A stretch of 64,000 bases of DNA from an uncultured Candidatus Saccharibacteria bacterium. GTDB taxonomy: Bacteria > Patescibacteriota > Minisyncoccia > 2-02-FULL-40-12. A program made the position numbers and the translations under genes. A model generated the notes under the pieces. It did not search any database, was not told where the DNA came from, and saw only the letters and a list, made by a program, of their open reading frames with translations. This document shows positions 18,062 through 27,203 of this stretch, one piece after another. The stretch is from contig CAYIZI010000002.1 of NCBI GenBank assembly GCA_964368135.1, positions 16,241 to 80,240 of the forward strand. The letters run 5' to 3'. Each line of letters begins with the position of its first letter. Position 1 is the first letter of the stretch.

Positions 18062-18879
18062 GATTTTGGATTGGCAAAAACATTATCAGTAAATTTAACC
18101 AACACTTTATAAAATCCTGGCGGGTTATCAATAAATGGGAAATGATGACTTTGGGGTATGGCCTTAACTAAACATCTGCTCTTTTTTAATTTCTCTATAA
18201 CCGATAGCCAGTTTTTATTTTCTGCACCATAAATAAAGATTTTGGGCAAATTTATTTTTAAAAAATTTTTAAGAAGATGTCCGTTCTTACAAATTTTGGC
18301 GTGAGAAACGCTAAAATCAAAATATGATTTTATTGAAACACCGTCCAATTGTCTGCCATATCTTTTAAATCCTCGGTTTTTTGATTTTTTCAAATCTTCA
18401 ACCATATCCGGGAAAAGTCTATTTCTAAAAATATCGAGGCCGGCTTTTTTAATCTTTCTTGACCACCGGGCATTTTGAGAAACCAAACTTCCTTCAACAT
18501 TCACGAAGCCGGCAACTTTTTTCGGATATTTTTCGGCATATAAAAGAGTAGCTATGCCGCCGATGCTGTGGCCGACTAAAATGAATTTTTTAAATGAAAA
18601 CTTTTTAGCGGTGTGCTCAATGATTTTTACTAAATCATTTATTCCTAAACTTTTTCTGGATGGATAAAGAGAATTACCAACTCCCGGCCAATCAAAAGCA
18701 AAAATTTCGTAATCTTTAAGTCCTTTAACTTTTACAGCATCGATAAAATCTTCTTTTGAACAGCCTAAACCATGAATAAAAATTATTGTCCCTCTTTTAC
18801 CGGGTCGATAAAAATACCTGATTTTAATTTTCGAATTTTTTAATTTAATCGGAAATTTTGAAAGATTAATATTTTTCAT
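18058..18879 (-). CDS. Alpha/beta hydrolase
   Basis: FIHGLG, GHSIGG nucleophile elbow and a C-terminal SHHF His. Confidence 0.88.
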   Translation of the reverse strand: MKNINLSKFPIKLKNSKIKIRYFYRPGKRGTIIFIHGLGCSKEDFIDAVKVKGLKDYEIFAFDWPGVGNSLYPSRKSLGINDLVKIIEHTAKKFSFKKFILVGHSIGGIATLLYAEKYPKKVAGFVNVEGSLVSQNARWSRKIKKAGLDIFRNRLFPDMVEDLKKSKNRGFKRYGRQLDGVSIKSYFDFSVSHAKICKNGHLLKNFLKINLPKIFIYGAENKNWLSVIEKLKKSRCLVKAIPQSHHFPFIDNPPGFYKVLVKFTDNVFANPKS

Positions 18880-18905
18880 AAAAATTTATTTAAATAAGGC
18901 GACAG

Positions 18906-18943
18906 TGAGCCTCCAAAGATTTTATAAAATCTTTGGAGGCTCA
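18906..18943. repeat. Perfect 38-bp palindrome
   Basis: tgagcctccaaagatttta|taaaatctttggaggctca. Confidence 0.9.
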
Positions 18944-18951
18944 AGTAAAAC

Positions 18952-19686
18952 TCAAGAACTTCGGACTTGTTCGAGCATCGCCACTGCCTCGGCAACGCGT
19001 CTTTTCAGTTCTTCTTCGCTGATCGGCATCTCGCCTCTCAGAAAAGAAAAAACTTCCTCGCGCTGATGAACCAGTGATTCTTGTGATTCGTCTGAAGTGT
19101 TAAGGTACAAAGGAATGTAACCAGCCGGCGGAATCTCAATCTGTCGGGCGCCACGAAGGAAACCGTCGAAGTCGAACACGCTGGCGTTGGTGATATTGCC
19201 GACGGTTTCCAATTCCCGCTGACGATAAGCAATCCGCCGCCTGACCGCCTCCAAATCGCAGTAGAAGTAGATGCATCTGAAATGTACTGTGATCGGCAAT
19301 TCCGGAATCGGTTTCCCGTCCCTTTCTGCTTCCTCACGCTCAATGGTCTGAAGGTACCAGTTGGCGCTTTCAAGCATCTCAACGAACGGCACCTGGTGAG
19401 CTTTACGAGTCAGCATCACCATTTCCAGAAACACGGCTTGAGGCCTCTCTACTATCAGCTTAGTCTTCACCTCGAATCGAGTCGCCTCGTTCTTGAAGAC
19501 GTGCTCGATCTTAACGATGTGAACGTCACTTCTCGTCGGCCAGAAGCGCTGACGGACATCGTCCATAGACACAAAAACAGCATCCTTGTACTCGGGTAAA
19601 CTCATTACCCAATTCCGGAAGAATGACTTGCCGCTGAAAACCAGACCGGAGAAAACACTGACCAAAATCACCTGATTATTACCCAT
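18952..19686 (-). CDS. P-loop kinase-like protein (AAA_33/NMP-kinase-like)
   Basis: N-terminal Walker A SGLVFSGKS, SMDDVR and lid-like RRRIAYR; AAAGGAGG SD. Confidence 0.7.
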   Translation of the reverse strand: MGNNQVILVSVFSGLVFSGKSFFRNWVMSLPEYKDAVFVSMDDVRQRFWPTRSDVHIVKIEHVFKNEATRFEVKTKLIVERPQAVFLEMVMLTRKAHQVPFVEMLESANWYLQTIEREEAERDGKPIPELPITVHFRCIYFYCDLEAVRRRIAYRQRELETVGNITNASVFDFDGFLRGARQIEIPPAGYIPLYLNTSDESQESLVHQREEVFSFLRGEMPISEEELKRRVAEAVAMLEQVRSS

Positions 19687-19756
19687 ACCATCCTCCTTTT
19701 TAATGAACCGTTGTTGACTTTTTCAAGCTAATACCTTATATAATTAAATCAATAAT

Positions 19757-20281
19757 ATGTCAAACAGCCGTATAAAAATTCCTAAAAAACTCTTACTAAA
19801 ACTAAAAAGACTTAAACTTGTCGGTTTTGATTTCGATGGCATTTTCACTGATGGAAAAGTTATATTGAGCGAAGATGGAATTGAACATGTGATATGTAGC
19901 CGCAAAGACGGACTTGGTATTAATGAACTGCAACGTCTCGGCTTGAAATTGACAGTTATTTCAAAAGAACCAAATAAAATAGTTGCGACGCGAAGTAAAA
20001 AACTTAAAATCGAGTATGCTCACGGGATAAACGATAAATTAACTCTCTTTAAAAAAATACTTAAAGAAAAAAAGATAAGCCCTTCAGAGGCGGCTTTTAT
20101 GGGTGATGATTGGAATGATTTGGAGTGTATGAATTATGCCGGTGTGGCTTTTACTGTAGCTGACGCAAACCCTCTATGTAAAAGGGTCGCTGATTATACA
20201 ACTAGCCGAAAGGGAGGTGATCACGCCATAAGAGAAATATGCGATTTAATTGTTTTAGCAAAAGAAAAACGGTATAAATAA
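19757..20281 (+). CDS. KdsC/YrbI-family HAD phosphatase
   Basis: Motifs FDFDGIFTDG, KDGLGI, MGDDWND and GGDHAIREICD. Confidence 0.9.
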   Translation: MSNSRIKIPKKLLLKLKRLKLVGFDFDGIFTDGKVILSEDGIEHVICSRKDGLGINELQRLGLKLTVISKEPNKIVATRSKKLKIEYAHGINDKLTLFKKILKEKKISPSEAAFMGDDWNDLECMNYAGVAFTVADANPLCKRVADYTTSRKGGDHAIREICDLIVLAKEKRYK

Positions 20282-20282
20282 T

Positions 20283-21167
20283 TTAGCCAAACAAACTCGT
20301 AATCACTATTCCAGCAAGCATTATACTGGTGGCAAGTAATCTCTCTTTTATATTTTTTTCCTGTAAAAGCCGACCGCTTAAAATCACGGCCCAAAATGAC
20401 CAGAGCCGCTTAACACTGGCGGCATAGGCGGCCAAAGTGTAGTTAAGTGCTTGGGCAGTCAGAAAAAAACCGGCAATATTGACCACAACCATTAAAAAAA
20501 TAATGCGCCGATTTACTTTTAAATGTTTAAAAATCGAAAAATCTTTTTTCTGAACAGTATAAATAGCCAAACTGACTAACCCGACAATAATCAGATAAAT
20601 TGCAGAAAAAAACAAAGCTGATGAAGTTACTACCGCTTTTTTATCAAAAGGAAAAGAAAAAGCAAAAAATAAGGCACCTAATATCCCTAAAAGTATGCCT
20701 TTCTGTTCAAAAATATTGGCTAAACTAATTTTTTTGCCCTCCGGATTAACTAAAAACCAAAGGCCGGCTATAGTAGTTAAAACGCCAATCATGCCCCAGA
20801 AAGATGCTTTCTCGCCCAAAATAAAAAAACCGGTTATTAAAACAAGCGGCGGGGTCAACAGTCTGGTTGGAGAAATTATAGAAGCATCATCCTGACTAAA
20901 GGCTTTGTAGTAAATCCAGTGGCCGAATAAGCCCAAGACAGAAGTCATAAAAAAAGCCAACCAAAAGCCTTGTTTAATCTCCGGGAAATCGAAAAAGAAA
21001 ATAAACAAAATAGAAATAAAAATACCGGAAAGCAAAAAATTAAAAGCAAGAAGGAGTCTCTCGTTTATCTTGCCGTCTCTCAGGGCATACCTGATTACTA
21101 CATCCAAAAGCCCGGCGAAAAAAGTGCCGGGAATCATAAAGAGTAGAAATAATTTAATGTTCTCCAT
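20283..21167 (-). CDS. EamA/DMT-family transporter
   Basis: About 10 TMs in two repeats, DASIISP..ILGEK and AASVKR..LLQEK. Confidence 0.85.
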   Translation of the reverse strand: MENIKLFLLFMIPGTFFAGLLDVVIRYALRDGKINERLLLAFNFLLSGIFISILFIFFFDFPEIKQGFWLAFFMTSVLGLFGHWIYYKAFSQDDASIISPTRLLTPPLVLITGFFILGEKASFWGMIGVLTTIAGLWFLVNPEGKKISLANIFEQKGILLGILGALFFAFSFPFDKKAVVTSSALFFSAIYLIIVGLVSLAIYTVQKKDFSIFKHLKVNRRIIFLMVVVNIAGFFLTAQALNYTLAAYAASVKRLWSFWAVILSGRLLQEKNIKERLLATSIMLAGIVITSLFG

Positions 21168-21730
21168 TATTTCTTTTTAGAACTGCTTTTCGCCTGAATA
21201 ATCAAATCACAAACTTCTCTTACTGCTCCGTCACCGCCTTTGGCTTTAGTCACGTAATCAGCCACTTTTTTTGCTTCTTTGGCGCCATCACCCACGCAGA
21301 CCGAAAGGCCGACAAATTTCATTATTTCAATGTCGCCGGTGCTGTCGCCGACAAAACAAATATCCTTTAAGCTTGCCTTGGGATGATTTTCTTTTAAATA
21401 CTCTTTGAGACCAGCAACTTTGTCTTTATTCTGGACTAAAGGAACGCCGAGCTTCCAGGCCCGGGCCTGGACATAACCGCTTCTCTGGGTAGTTAAAATA
21501 AAAACCGAAACCCCGACATTTTCTTTCCGCACTAAATCTATCCCCTGACCGTCTTTATGAGAATATCTGGCCGATTCAAAAACATAAACAAAATCTCGAC
21601 CGGTATGCTGGCTCGCCGCTTCTTTGGTCATAATAACACCGGTATCAAGATATAAAGGCGTCAGCACCCCGTCATTATCAAGAGCCAGGACTTTTACTTT
21701 CTTGAATTTGTCTAAAAGTTTTTTAGTCAT
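21167..21730 (-). CDS. Second KdsC-family HAD phosphatase
   Basis: Motifs LDNDGVLT, KDGQGI, VGDSTGD and GGDGAVREVCD. Confidence 0.88.
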   Translation of the reverse strand: MTKKLLDKFKKVKVLALDNDGVLTPLYLDTGVIMTKEAASQHTGRDFVYVFESARYSHKDGQGIDLVRKENVGVSVFILTTQRSGYVQARAWKLGVPLVQNKDKVAGLKEYLKENHPKASLKDICFVGDSTGDIEIMKFVGLSVCVGDGAKEAKKVADYVTKAKGGDGAVREVCDLIIQAKSSSKKK

Positions 21731-21850
21731 ATTAGAGTCATATTAGATTTAAATAACAATAATTCTTTGAATCGTCAATTGTTGTAATTTTTCAAAAAAT
21801 GATAGATAATATAATCCTGAACTTTTCGCACCTTACCAAGGAGGTTAGAC

Positions 21851-23620
21851 ATGGCGAAGCTAAACGTAATCCAGCCCCATATCCACCCTTCAGAGGTGGT
21901 AAGGGGCATAACGGCAAGAGATCTTGAGGGTCTCAACGTTGTTTTCATCAATATGCCGCTTCGGGAAACGGCGCTACCAAACACCACACCCGAGGGTCCG
22001 CTATTAATGGCGACAAACCTGATTCGGAACTATGGGGTTAGTGCTTCAGTAATTGACCTCAACGCTTACCGGATTAAAGACGAGCTGGCTCAAAAACGCG
22101 GACTCCCGCGAGGCCGCCACCTGACCGAAGAAGAGGCCTTTGGTAAAATCCAACGCCATTTCCTCAAATTTGGCGAACCAGACCTTGTTTGCCTTTCAGG
22201 AATGATCACCACTCTGAAGTGGCAAAAAGCAGTGGCGGGAATGGTCCGCCGGCTGGTACCTAACACTATGCTCGTTTCTGGCGGGGGCCTGGCTACTGAA
22301 TTAAAAGTGGGACTGTTTAACTACACCCCTGAACTCGATGGAGTGGCCCACTCCGAAGGAGACGATGTCATCGTCAAAATCTGCTACGACGCGGCGGTTA
22401 TTCGGCGCCACGGCCGGCAACATGCTCTCAACTCGGGCAAGCTCGAACCCTATTTACTGCAGGACGGCTCCGGCCGTCTGATGTACGAAGGCGATCGGCC
22501 CGATGATTTGGACCGATTCCCATGGGTTGACCTTGAGCTTTTGCGCGAAGATGTTGACGGGGTCAAAATCCTTGAGCAATATCTTCAAGCCGAAGCTTGG
22601 GGACTTAGCGCAAACAACAGCTCGGCGGCACCGTTTGTAACCGCGCCGAAAACCACTTCGGTTTCTTCCCGCGGCTGTCCCTATGGCTGCAAATACTGCT
22701 ATCGGGGCGCCCAAGGAGAACGCAAGTGGCACGTGAGGTCGGCCCGCCATCTGGTTGAGGAAATGAAAGAACACATGGCAAAGTACGGCATAGCTTTCAA
22801 GAGCTGGCCGGACGACAACTTTGCGGTGACATTCAAAAGGATTAAGGAACTCCGGGATATCATTGTCGCAGAAGGCATCAAGATTCCCTGGGGAACCCAC
22901 ACTCGCCTCGACGAAGCCGGTGGCTTTGTTCCTAACTCACGTCAACCCCATCACGAGAGAAACTTCTTTACCGACTATATCTTTGAGGATCCGCTCCGGA
23001 TCAAGCTAATGGCTGAAGCCAACTGTAAGTACGTCGGCTTTGGACCAGAAAGCGCTCACCCAGACACCCTTGAAGAACTCGGCAAAGGAGGCTTCACTCT
23101 CAAGGCAGGTTTGATCCCAGTTGGAGTCAACGGCCATACCTACTACTTCCCCAAAGCCATGATCTATGGAACCAAGCACACCATGGAAGCGGGGATTCAC
23201 GCCAACATGACCTGGATCAAGTTTAATCCGGGAGAAACGCTGGAACGGCTCAAGCAGACAGTTGCCTTCATCAAATGGCAGATTGATTACTACGCAACCT
23301 TCGGAATACCGGAAGAAGCGGTGAATAAAAACATGTTCACTCTTACCTGGTATCCTGGGACGGAACTAATCAATCACCCTAAGGTGAGGTTAGAACTTTC
23401 GCGCGTCTTCGGTCTGAATTTCCAAAGGATCAACGGCAAGTGGGACCCTGTCTGCGATGAGGCGTTCTACCGGTATTGCCTGGAACTAGACGACGCCACC
23501 AAGCTCCTTCACGGCCCGGACGGCGAACCGCTGAACTTCAGCGAAATGCCAAACGACTTGGCCCTACAAATCAACGAGTATGTCAGCTCCGGCCAAACTC
23601 TTCGTATCCTGGACATATAA
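21851..23620 (+). CDS. B12-binding-domain radical SAM enzyme
   Basis: SSRGCPYGCKYC cluster motif, N-terminal PDLVCLSG..VSGGGLAT..HSEGD cobalamin-type domain, DDNF and GFGPES. Confidence 0.85.
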   Translation: MAKLNVIQPHIHPSEVVRGITARDLEGLNVVFINMPLRETALPNTTPEGPLLMATNLIRNYGVSASVIDLNAYRIKDELAQKRGLPRGRHLTEEEAFGKIQRHFLKFGEPDLVCLSGMITTLKWQKAVAGMVRRLVPNTMLVSGGGLATELKVGLFNYTPELDGVAHSEGDDVIVKICYDAAVIRRHGRQHALNSGKLEPYLLQDGSGRLMYEGDRPDDLDRFPWVDLELLREDVDGVKILEQYLQAEAWGLSANNSSAAPFVTAPKTTSVSSRGCPYGCKYCYRGAQGERKWHVRSARHLVEEMKEHMAKYGIAFKSWPDDNFAVTFKRIKELRDIIVAEGIKIPWGTHTRLDEAGGFVPNSRQPHHERNFFTDYIFEDPLRIKLMAEANCKYVGFGPESAHPDTLEELGKGGFTLKAGLIPVGVNGHTYYFPKAMIYGTKHTMEAGIHANMTWIKFNPGETLERLKQTVAFIKWQIDYYATFGIPEEAVNKNMFTLTWYPGTELINHPKVRLELSRVFGLNFQRINGKWDPVCDEAFYRYCLELDDATKLLHGPDGEPLNFSEMPNDLALQINEYVSSGQTLRILDI

Positions 23621-23649
23621 GTAGTGCGGACTCTCGTACGCCAGGAAAA

Positions 23650-23678
23650 AAGCCCGACAGGTTCATCTTGTCGGGCTT
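23650..23678. terminator. Bidirectional terminator-like hairpin
   Basis: aagcccgacagg-ttcat-cttgtcgggctt between the convergent radical SAM gene and neuA. Confidence 0.75.
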
Positions 23679-23684
23679 CGCTCT

Positions 23685-24398
23685 TTATTTTTCGCCCCCT
23701 CTCCTCTTCAAAATCTTGCCAATCAGCCAAAACTGGTATTCGCTGTCAACTTGGAGAGAGTCTTCCTCGGTCATCTGGACAATCGCCATTTTCCCGCCCC
23801 AGCGATGGCCGATTTTATGAAATAAATCTGTCTTAGTTATATAAAAAGCTCCGTTCTCATGATAAACTTTTGGTAAATCCTGCCTGACCACTCTTTTCAT
23901 CACCGGAACTTCCGGTTCAAAAGCAACCTCTCTGCCTGACTCATCAACCTTCGGCCGCCATTTCCACTCATAGGTTTCAGGCAAAAAAGCAGTGATGCAA
24001 GAATCAAAACCTTGATTCTTTACCCTATTCACGCACTCCTTTATAATTTCTGATTTTAAAAGCGGCGAAGTCGGCTGAATGCAGGAAACGAAATCAGGCA
24101 CGTAATTTTCTTTTTCTCTTAAATAATCCAAAGCATGTTTAATTACCGGCTCAAGAGTAATCTTATCGCCAGCCAGTTCTTTTGGCCGGTCAACCACCTC
24201 GGCCCCGAATTTCTTAGCCACTCCCGCAATCTCGGCATCGTCAGTTGAAACAATCACCCTATCCACTACACCAGAATTCAAAACCGCTTCAATAGTATGA
24301 GCAACTAAGGGCTTCTCGTTTAACAATCTTATATTTTTTCGGGGCACTCCTTTGGAACCGCCCCGCGCCGGAATTATAGTAATAATTTTTGGCTTCAT
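23685..24398 (-). CDS. neuA: CMP-nonulosonate (acylneuraminate) cytidylyltransferase
   Basis: Motifs IPARGGSKGVPRKN, VSTDD, QPTSPL and RQDLP..ENGAFY. Confidence 0.93.
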   Translation of the reverse strand: MKPKIITIIPARGGSKGVPRKNIRLLNEKPLVAHTIEAVLNSGVVDRVIVSTDDAEIAGVAKKFGAEVVDRPKELAGDKITLEPVIKHALDYLREKENYVPDFVSCIQPTSPLLKSEIIKECVNRVKNQGFDSCITAFLPETYEWKWRPKVDESGREVAFEPEVPVMKRVVRQDLPKVYHENGAFYITKTDLFHKIGHRWGGKMAIVQMTEEDSLQVDSEYQFWLIGKILKRRGGEK

Positions 24399-24403
24399 AA
24401 TTT

Positions 24404-25021
24404 TTATACTTTGTGGCTAAGGCGGAAAAATAAGTAGTTAGAGATTATATGGACCAATAAAAGATGCAGCGACTCTACCGGCCCATAGTGGCCCTTTGGC
24501 GAAGTTGCGGTAATTACATGAGCGCAGCAGTTTTTTGCCTCACCGCCGTCAAATCCAAGAACCCCGACAGTGTTTCCGCCTTTAGAATTAACATATTCTA
24601 TAGCTCTAATCAAGTTTGGCGAATCTCCGCTTCCTGAAAAAACAATAAGAACATCGCCGGGTTTATAAAGATTCCTCAACTGCCCGACAAAAACTTTCTC
24701 ATATCCCTCGTCATTGCCTAAAGCGCTTAGGTAAGGAACGCTGTCGCTTAAACTTAGGGTTCTAAACGGCTTGTCTTCCCCGGCCCCGGCGCAAAGAGCC
24801 AAGTCTTCGACAAAATGAGAAGCATTAGCCGCGCTTCCGCCGTTTCCCACTACAAAAATCATTGAACCGCGCTCCCTTGCTTCTAAAAGAGTGTCAACTA
24901 ACTTTTCAACTGAGCCAATGTCAATCGATTTTGTTAAATCAAAAAAATGTTCGGTATATTTTTTGAAAAACTGATTGAACGATCCGTTTGATTCTTTAAA
25001 AAATTGTTCTATCTGTTTCAT
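24404..25021 (-). CDS. gmhA: Phosphoheptose isomerase-like SIS protein
   Basis: Motifs GNGGSAANASHF, GND.GY..VF..Q, SGSGDSPN and VESLH. Confidence 0.85.
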   Translation of the reverse strand: MKQIEQFFKESNGSFNQFFKKYTEHFFDLTKSIDIGSVEKLVDTLLEARERGSMIFVVGNGGSAANASHFVEDLALCAGAGEDKPFRTLSLSDSVPYLSALGNDEGYEKVFVGQLRNLYKPGDVLIVFSGSGDSPNLIRAIEYVNSKGGNTVGVLGFDGGEAKNCCAHVITATSPKGHYGPVESLHLLLVHIISNYLFFRLSHKV

Positions 25022-25024
25022 TAT

Positions 25025-26023
25025 TTATTGCTTCATCAAAACCACTCCTTTAATTAATTTGCCTGATTCTAAATCATTTAATCCTTCGTTTATTTGGTTG
25101 AAAGTATATTCTTTGGTAATAAGTTTAGCTAAAGGCAAAACACCGCCAAGATGCTCTTCAACAAATCCCGGCATATCTTTATCCAAAAAAGTCCCGCCGC
25201 CCCAGCTCCCTAAAATCTTTTTTCCTTTTATTAAATCAAAAGGGTCAATAGAGATTTTGGCAGCCGGAGGAAGATTGCCGGCCAAAACCACGATTCCATT
25301 GTCTTTGGCTGATTCAAAAGCTTTTTCCATTGCCTCTTTTGAACCAGAACATTCTATCACAAAATCAAATTTTCTTAAATTAATTTCAGCCGGATTAATC
25401 GCTTCTACACCCAATGCTTCCTTGGCCCATTTAAGTTTCCAGTCAACTATATCAATAGCTGTAGTTCTTGCGCCTAAGCTTTGGGTTTTAATCAAGGCAC
25501 TTGCGCCAACGCCGCCTATACCAAAAACTGCCGCCGTATCATCTTTTTTGATATTCAAATTTTTCGCAATCCCGCCGCCGGTCAAAACGGCACAACCAAG
25601 CAAAGCGGCGACAGAGGGGTTTACTTTTTTATCAATTGACACCACCCTATTTTCGGAAATAACCGCATATTCAAGAAAAGTCGCGGCTGGCCCGGCGTTA
25701 ACCAGACCTTTTTCGCTTTTATATTTTGGCGGTTCTGCCTCAATCCCCTCTCCTTTTATCCAACTAACAACCACATAATCATCATTTTTTACTTTCTTAA
25801 CACCCTCACCAATATCCAAAACTATTCCCGAAGCTTCATGGCCCATAAGATGGGGAATGTATTCTTTTCCTTTTCTGCCTTTTATTTCGTTTAACTGGCT
25901 GTGGCAAAGCCCGCTGGCTAAAATTTTAACCAAAACCTGGCCAGACTTAAGGGCTGGCACTTCCAGTTCTTCAATATAAAGAGGCCCGCCTATATTTCTT
26001 AAAACTGCAGCTTTGGTTAACAT
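25025..26023 (-). CDS. Zinc-binding (MDR) dehydrogenase
   Basis: Motifs GLCHSQ, GHEASG, LLGCAVLTG and FGIGGVG. Confidence 0.88.
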   Translation of the reverse strand: MLTKAAVLRNIGGPLYIEELEVPALKSGQVLVKILASGLCHSQLNEIKGRKGKEYIPHLMGHEASGIVLDIGEGVKKVKNDDYVVVSWIKGEGIEAEPPKYKSEKGLVNAGPAATFLEYAVISENRVVSIDKKVNPSVAALLGCAVLTGGGIAKNLNIKKDDTAAVFGIGGVGASALIKTQSLGARTTAIDIVDWKLKWAKEALGVEAINPAEINLRKFDFVIECSGSKEAMEKAFESAKDNGIVVLAGNLPPAAKISIDPFDLIKGKKILGSWGGGTFLDKDMPGFVEEHLGGVLPLAKLITKEYTFNQINEGLNDLESGKLIKGVVLMKQ

Positions 26024-26027
26024 TTAT

Positions 26028-26684
26028 TTAAGGAATAAACCAATAGTAATCACCGGTATAGCCGACTTCTTTAAAAAGTTTCTTCCAGCCGTCGACGCTT
26101 AAAATAGTTTGAGCCGTCAAATTCCACATCATCATTCTTTTATTTTCTTCTTTATTTCGGTAGGCATCTACGGTAATATAGGCGTGTTTTTTCTTGACTC
26201 GCTCTATTTCTTTAATCGCTTTTTTGCAGTCTTTCAAAGGCAAGTTGTGAACCGTATTGATAGAAATAACCAAGTCAAAAGAATTATCGTCAAACTGGCT
26301 TAAATCCTTGGCATTGCCGACAGAAAGAATAGGTTTAATTTTGGGCATAGAATTTTCAACGGCGTATTTAGAAATGTCTATGCCCCTTATGGTAATAAAA
26401 GGAAGCCAGTATAAAAAGTCGTTAAGCATAAAACCTTTGGCCGAACCAACATCCAAAACACTGCTTTCATTTGTTAAGCCGTAGTAATTTATGAAATCCC
26501 TGACTACTGACGCCCAGCGGCCGTCATATCTATAACCTCCGTAGCCGCGCGCACGAGATCCATCAAAAAACTCTTTTCCGAACTGTCTGGCAATTTTAAT
26601 ATCTTCTTTGGTCTTTTCGGTACCTCTTGCCTCAACGTTTCTTTTCGGTTTCGGATATTTAGTTAAAAGATCTAATTCAGGCAT
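26028..26684 (-). CDS. Class I SAM-dependent methyltransferase
   Basis: Motifs VLDVGSAKGF, GIDISKYA and FDLVISINTVHNL. Confidence 0.88.
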   Translation of the reverse strand: MPELDLLTKYPKPKRNVEARGTEKTKEDIKIARQFGKEFFDGSRARGYGGYRYDGRWASVVRDFINYYGLTNESSVLDVGSAKGFMLNDFLYWLPFITIRGIDISKYAVENSMPKIKPILSVGNAKDLSQFDDNSFDLVISINTVHNLPLKDCKKAIKEIERVKKKHAYITVDAYRNKEENKRMMMWNLTAQTILSVDGWKKLFKEVGYTGDYYWFIP

Positions 26685-26686
26685 AA

Positions 26687-27190
26687 TTAAACTGTATAAA
26701 CTTTTCCTTCCTTTATTGATTTTATAATATCCCTGCTGGCAAATTTTTTATCCTTGGTATACCTAATTAAACAACCGGCTTTAATTGCATCTCTTTTCTC
26801 ATTTAAAAAACTTCCTGATTTTGAATTTATATAGTCAGGCCCTCTGATGTAATATTTTGGTTTTATTAAATTGATAATCTTTGATACATTACTCTGTTTA
26901 TTATGTCTATTAAATATGGCAAAATCAACGGAACTTAACTGACTGACCATATACGCTCTTAAATCTTCATTAAAAATTGGCCGACCCGGGCCTTTTTGTT
27001 TTCTTACTGATTTATCATCAGCCACAGCTACGACTAAAACATCGCAAAGCTTTTTGGCTGATTCAAAATGCATAACATGGCCTGGGTGCAAAAGATCGTA
27101 GTTACCATTGCAAAACCCGATTCTTTTACCTTGTTTTCTGTAATTTTCTATTATCTTGGCTAATTTACTGATTGAAACTACTTTTCCCAT
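26687..27190 (-). CDS. Nucleotidyltransferase, HldE/RfaE domain II-like
   Basis: NGNYDLLHPGH (HxGH) and KGPGRPIF; likely start MGKVVS at 27190. Confidence 0.85.
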   Translation of the reverse strand: MGKVVSISKLAKIIENYRKQGKRIGFCNGNYDLLHPGHVMHFESAKKLCDVLVVAVADDKSVRKQKGPGRPIFNEDLRAYMVSQLSSVDFAIFNRHNKQSNVSKIINLIKPKYYIRGPDYINSKSGSFLNEKRDAIKAGCLIRYTKDKKFASRDIIKSIKEGKVYTV

Positions 27191-27203
27191 ATTAAAATTT
27201 AAA

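Noticed and set aside
24975-25778. 267-aa plus-strand ORF
   Set aside because: Antisense shadow of the Zn dehydrogenase with no motifs.
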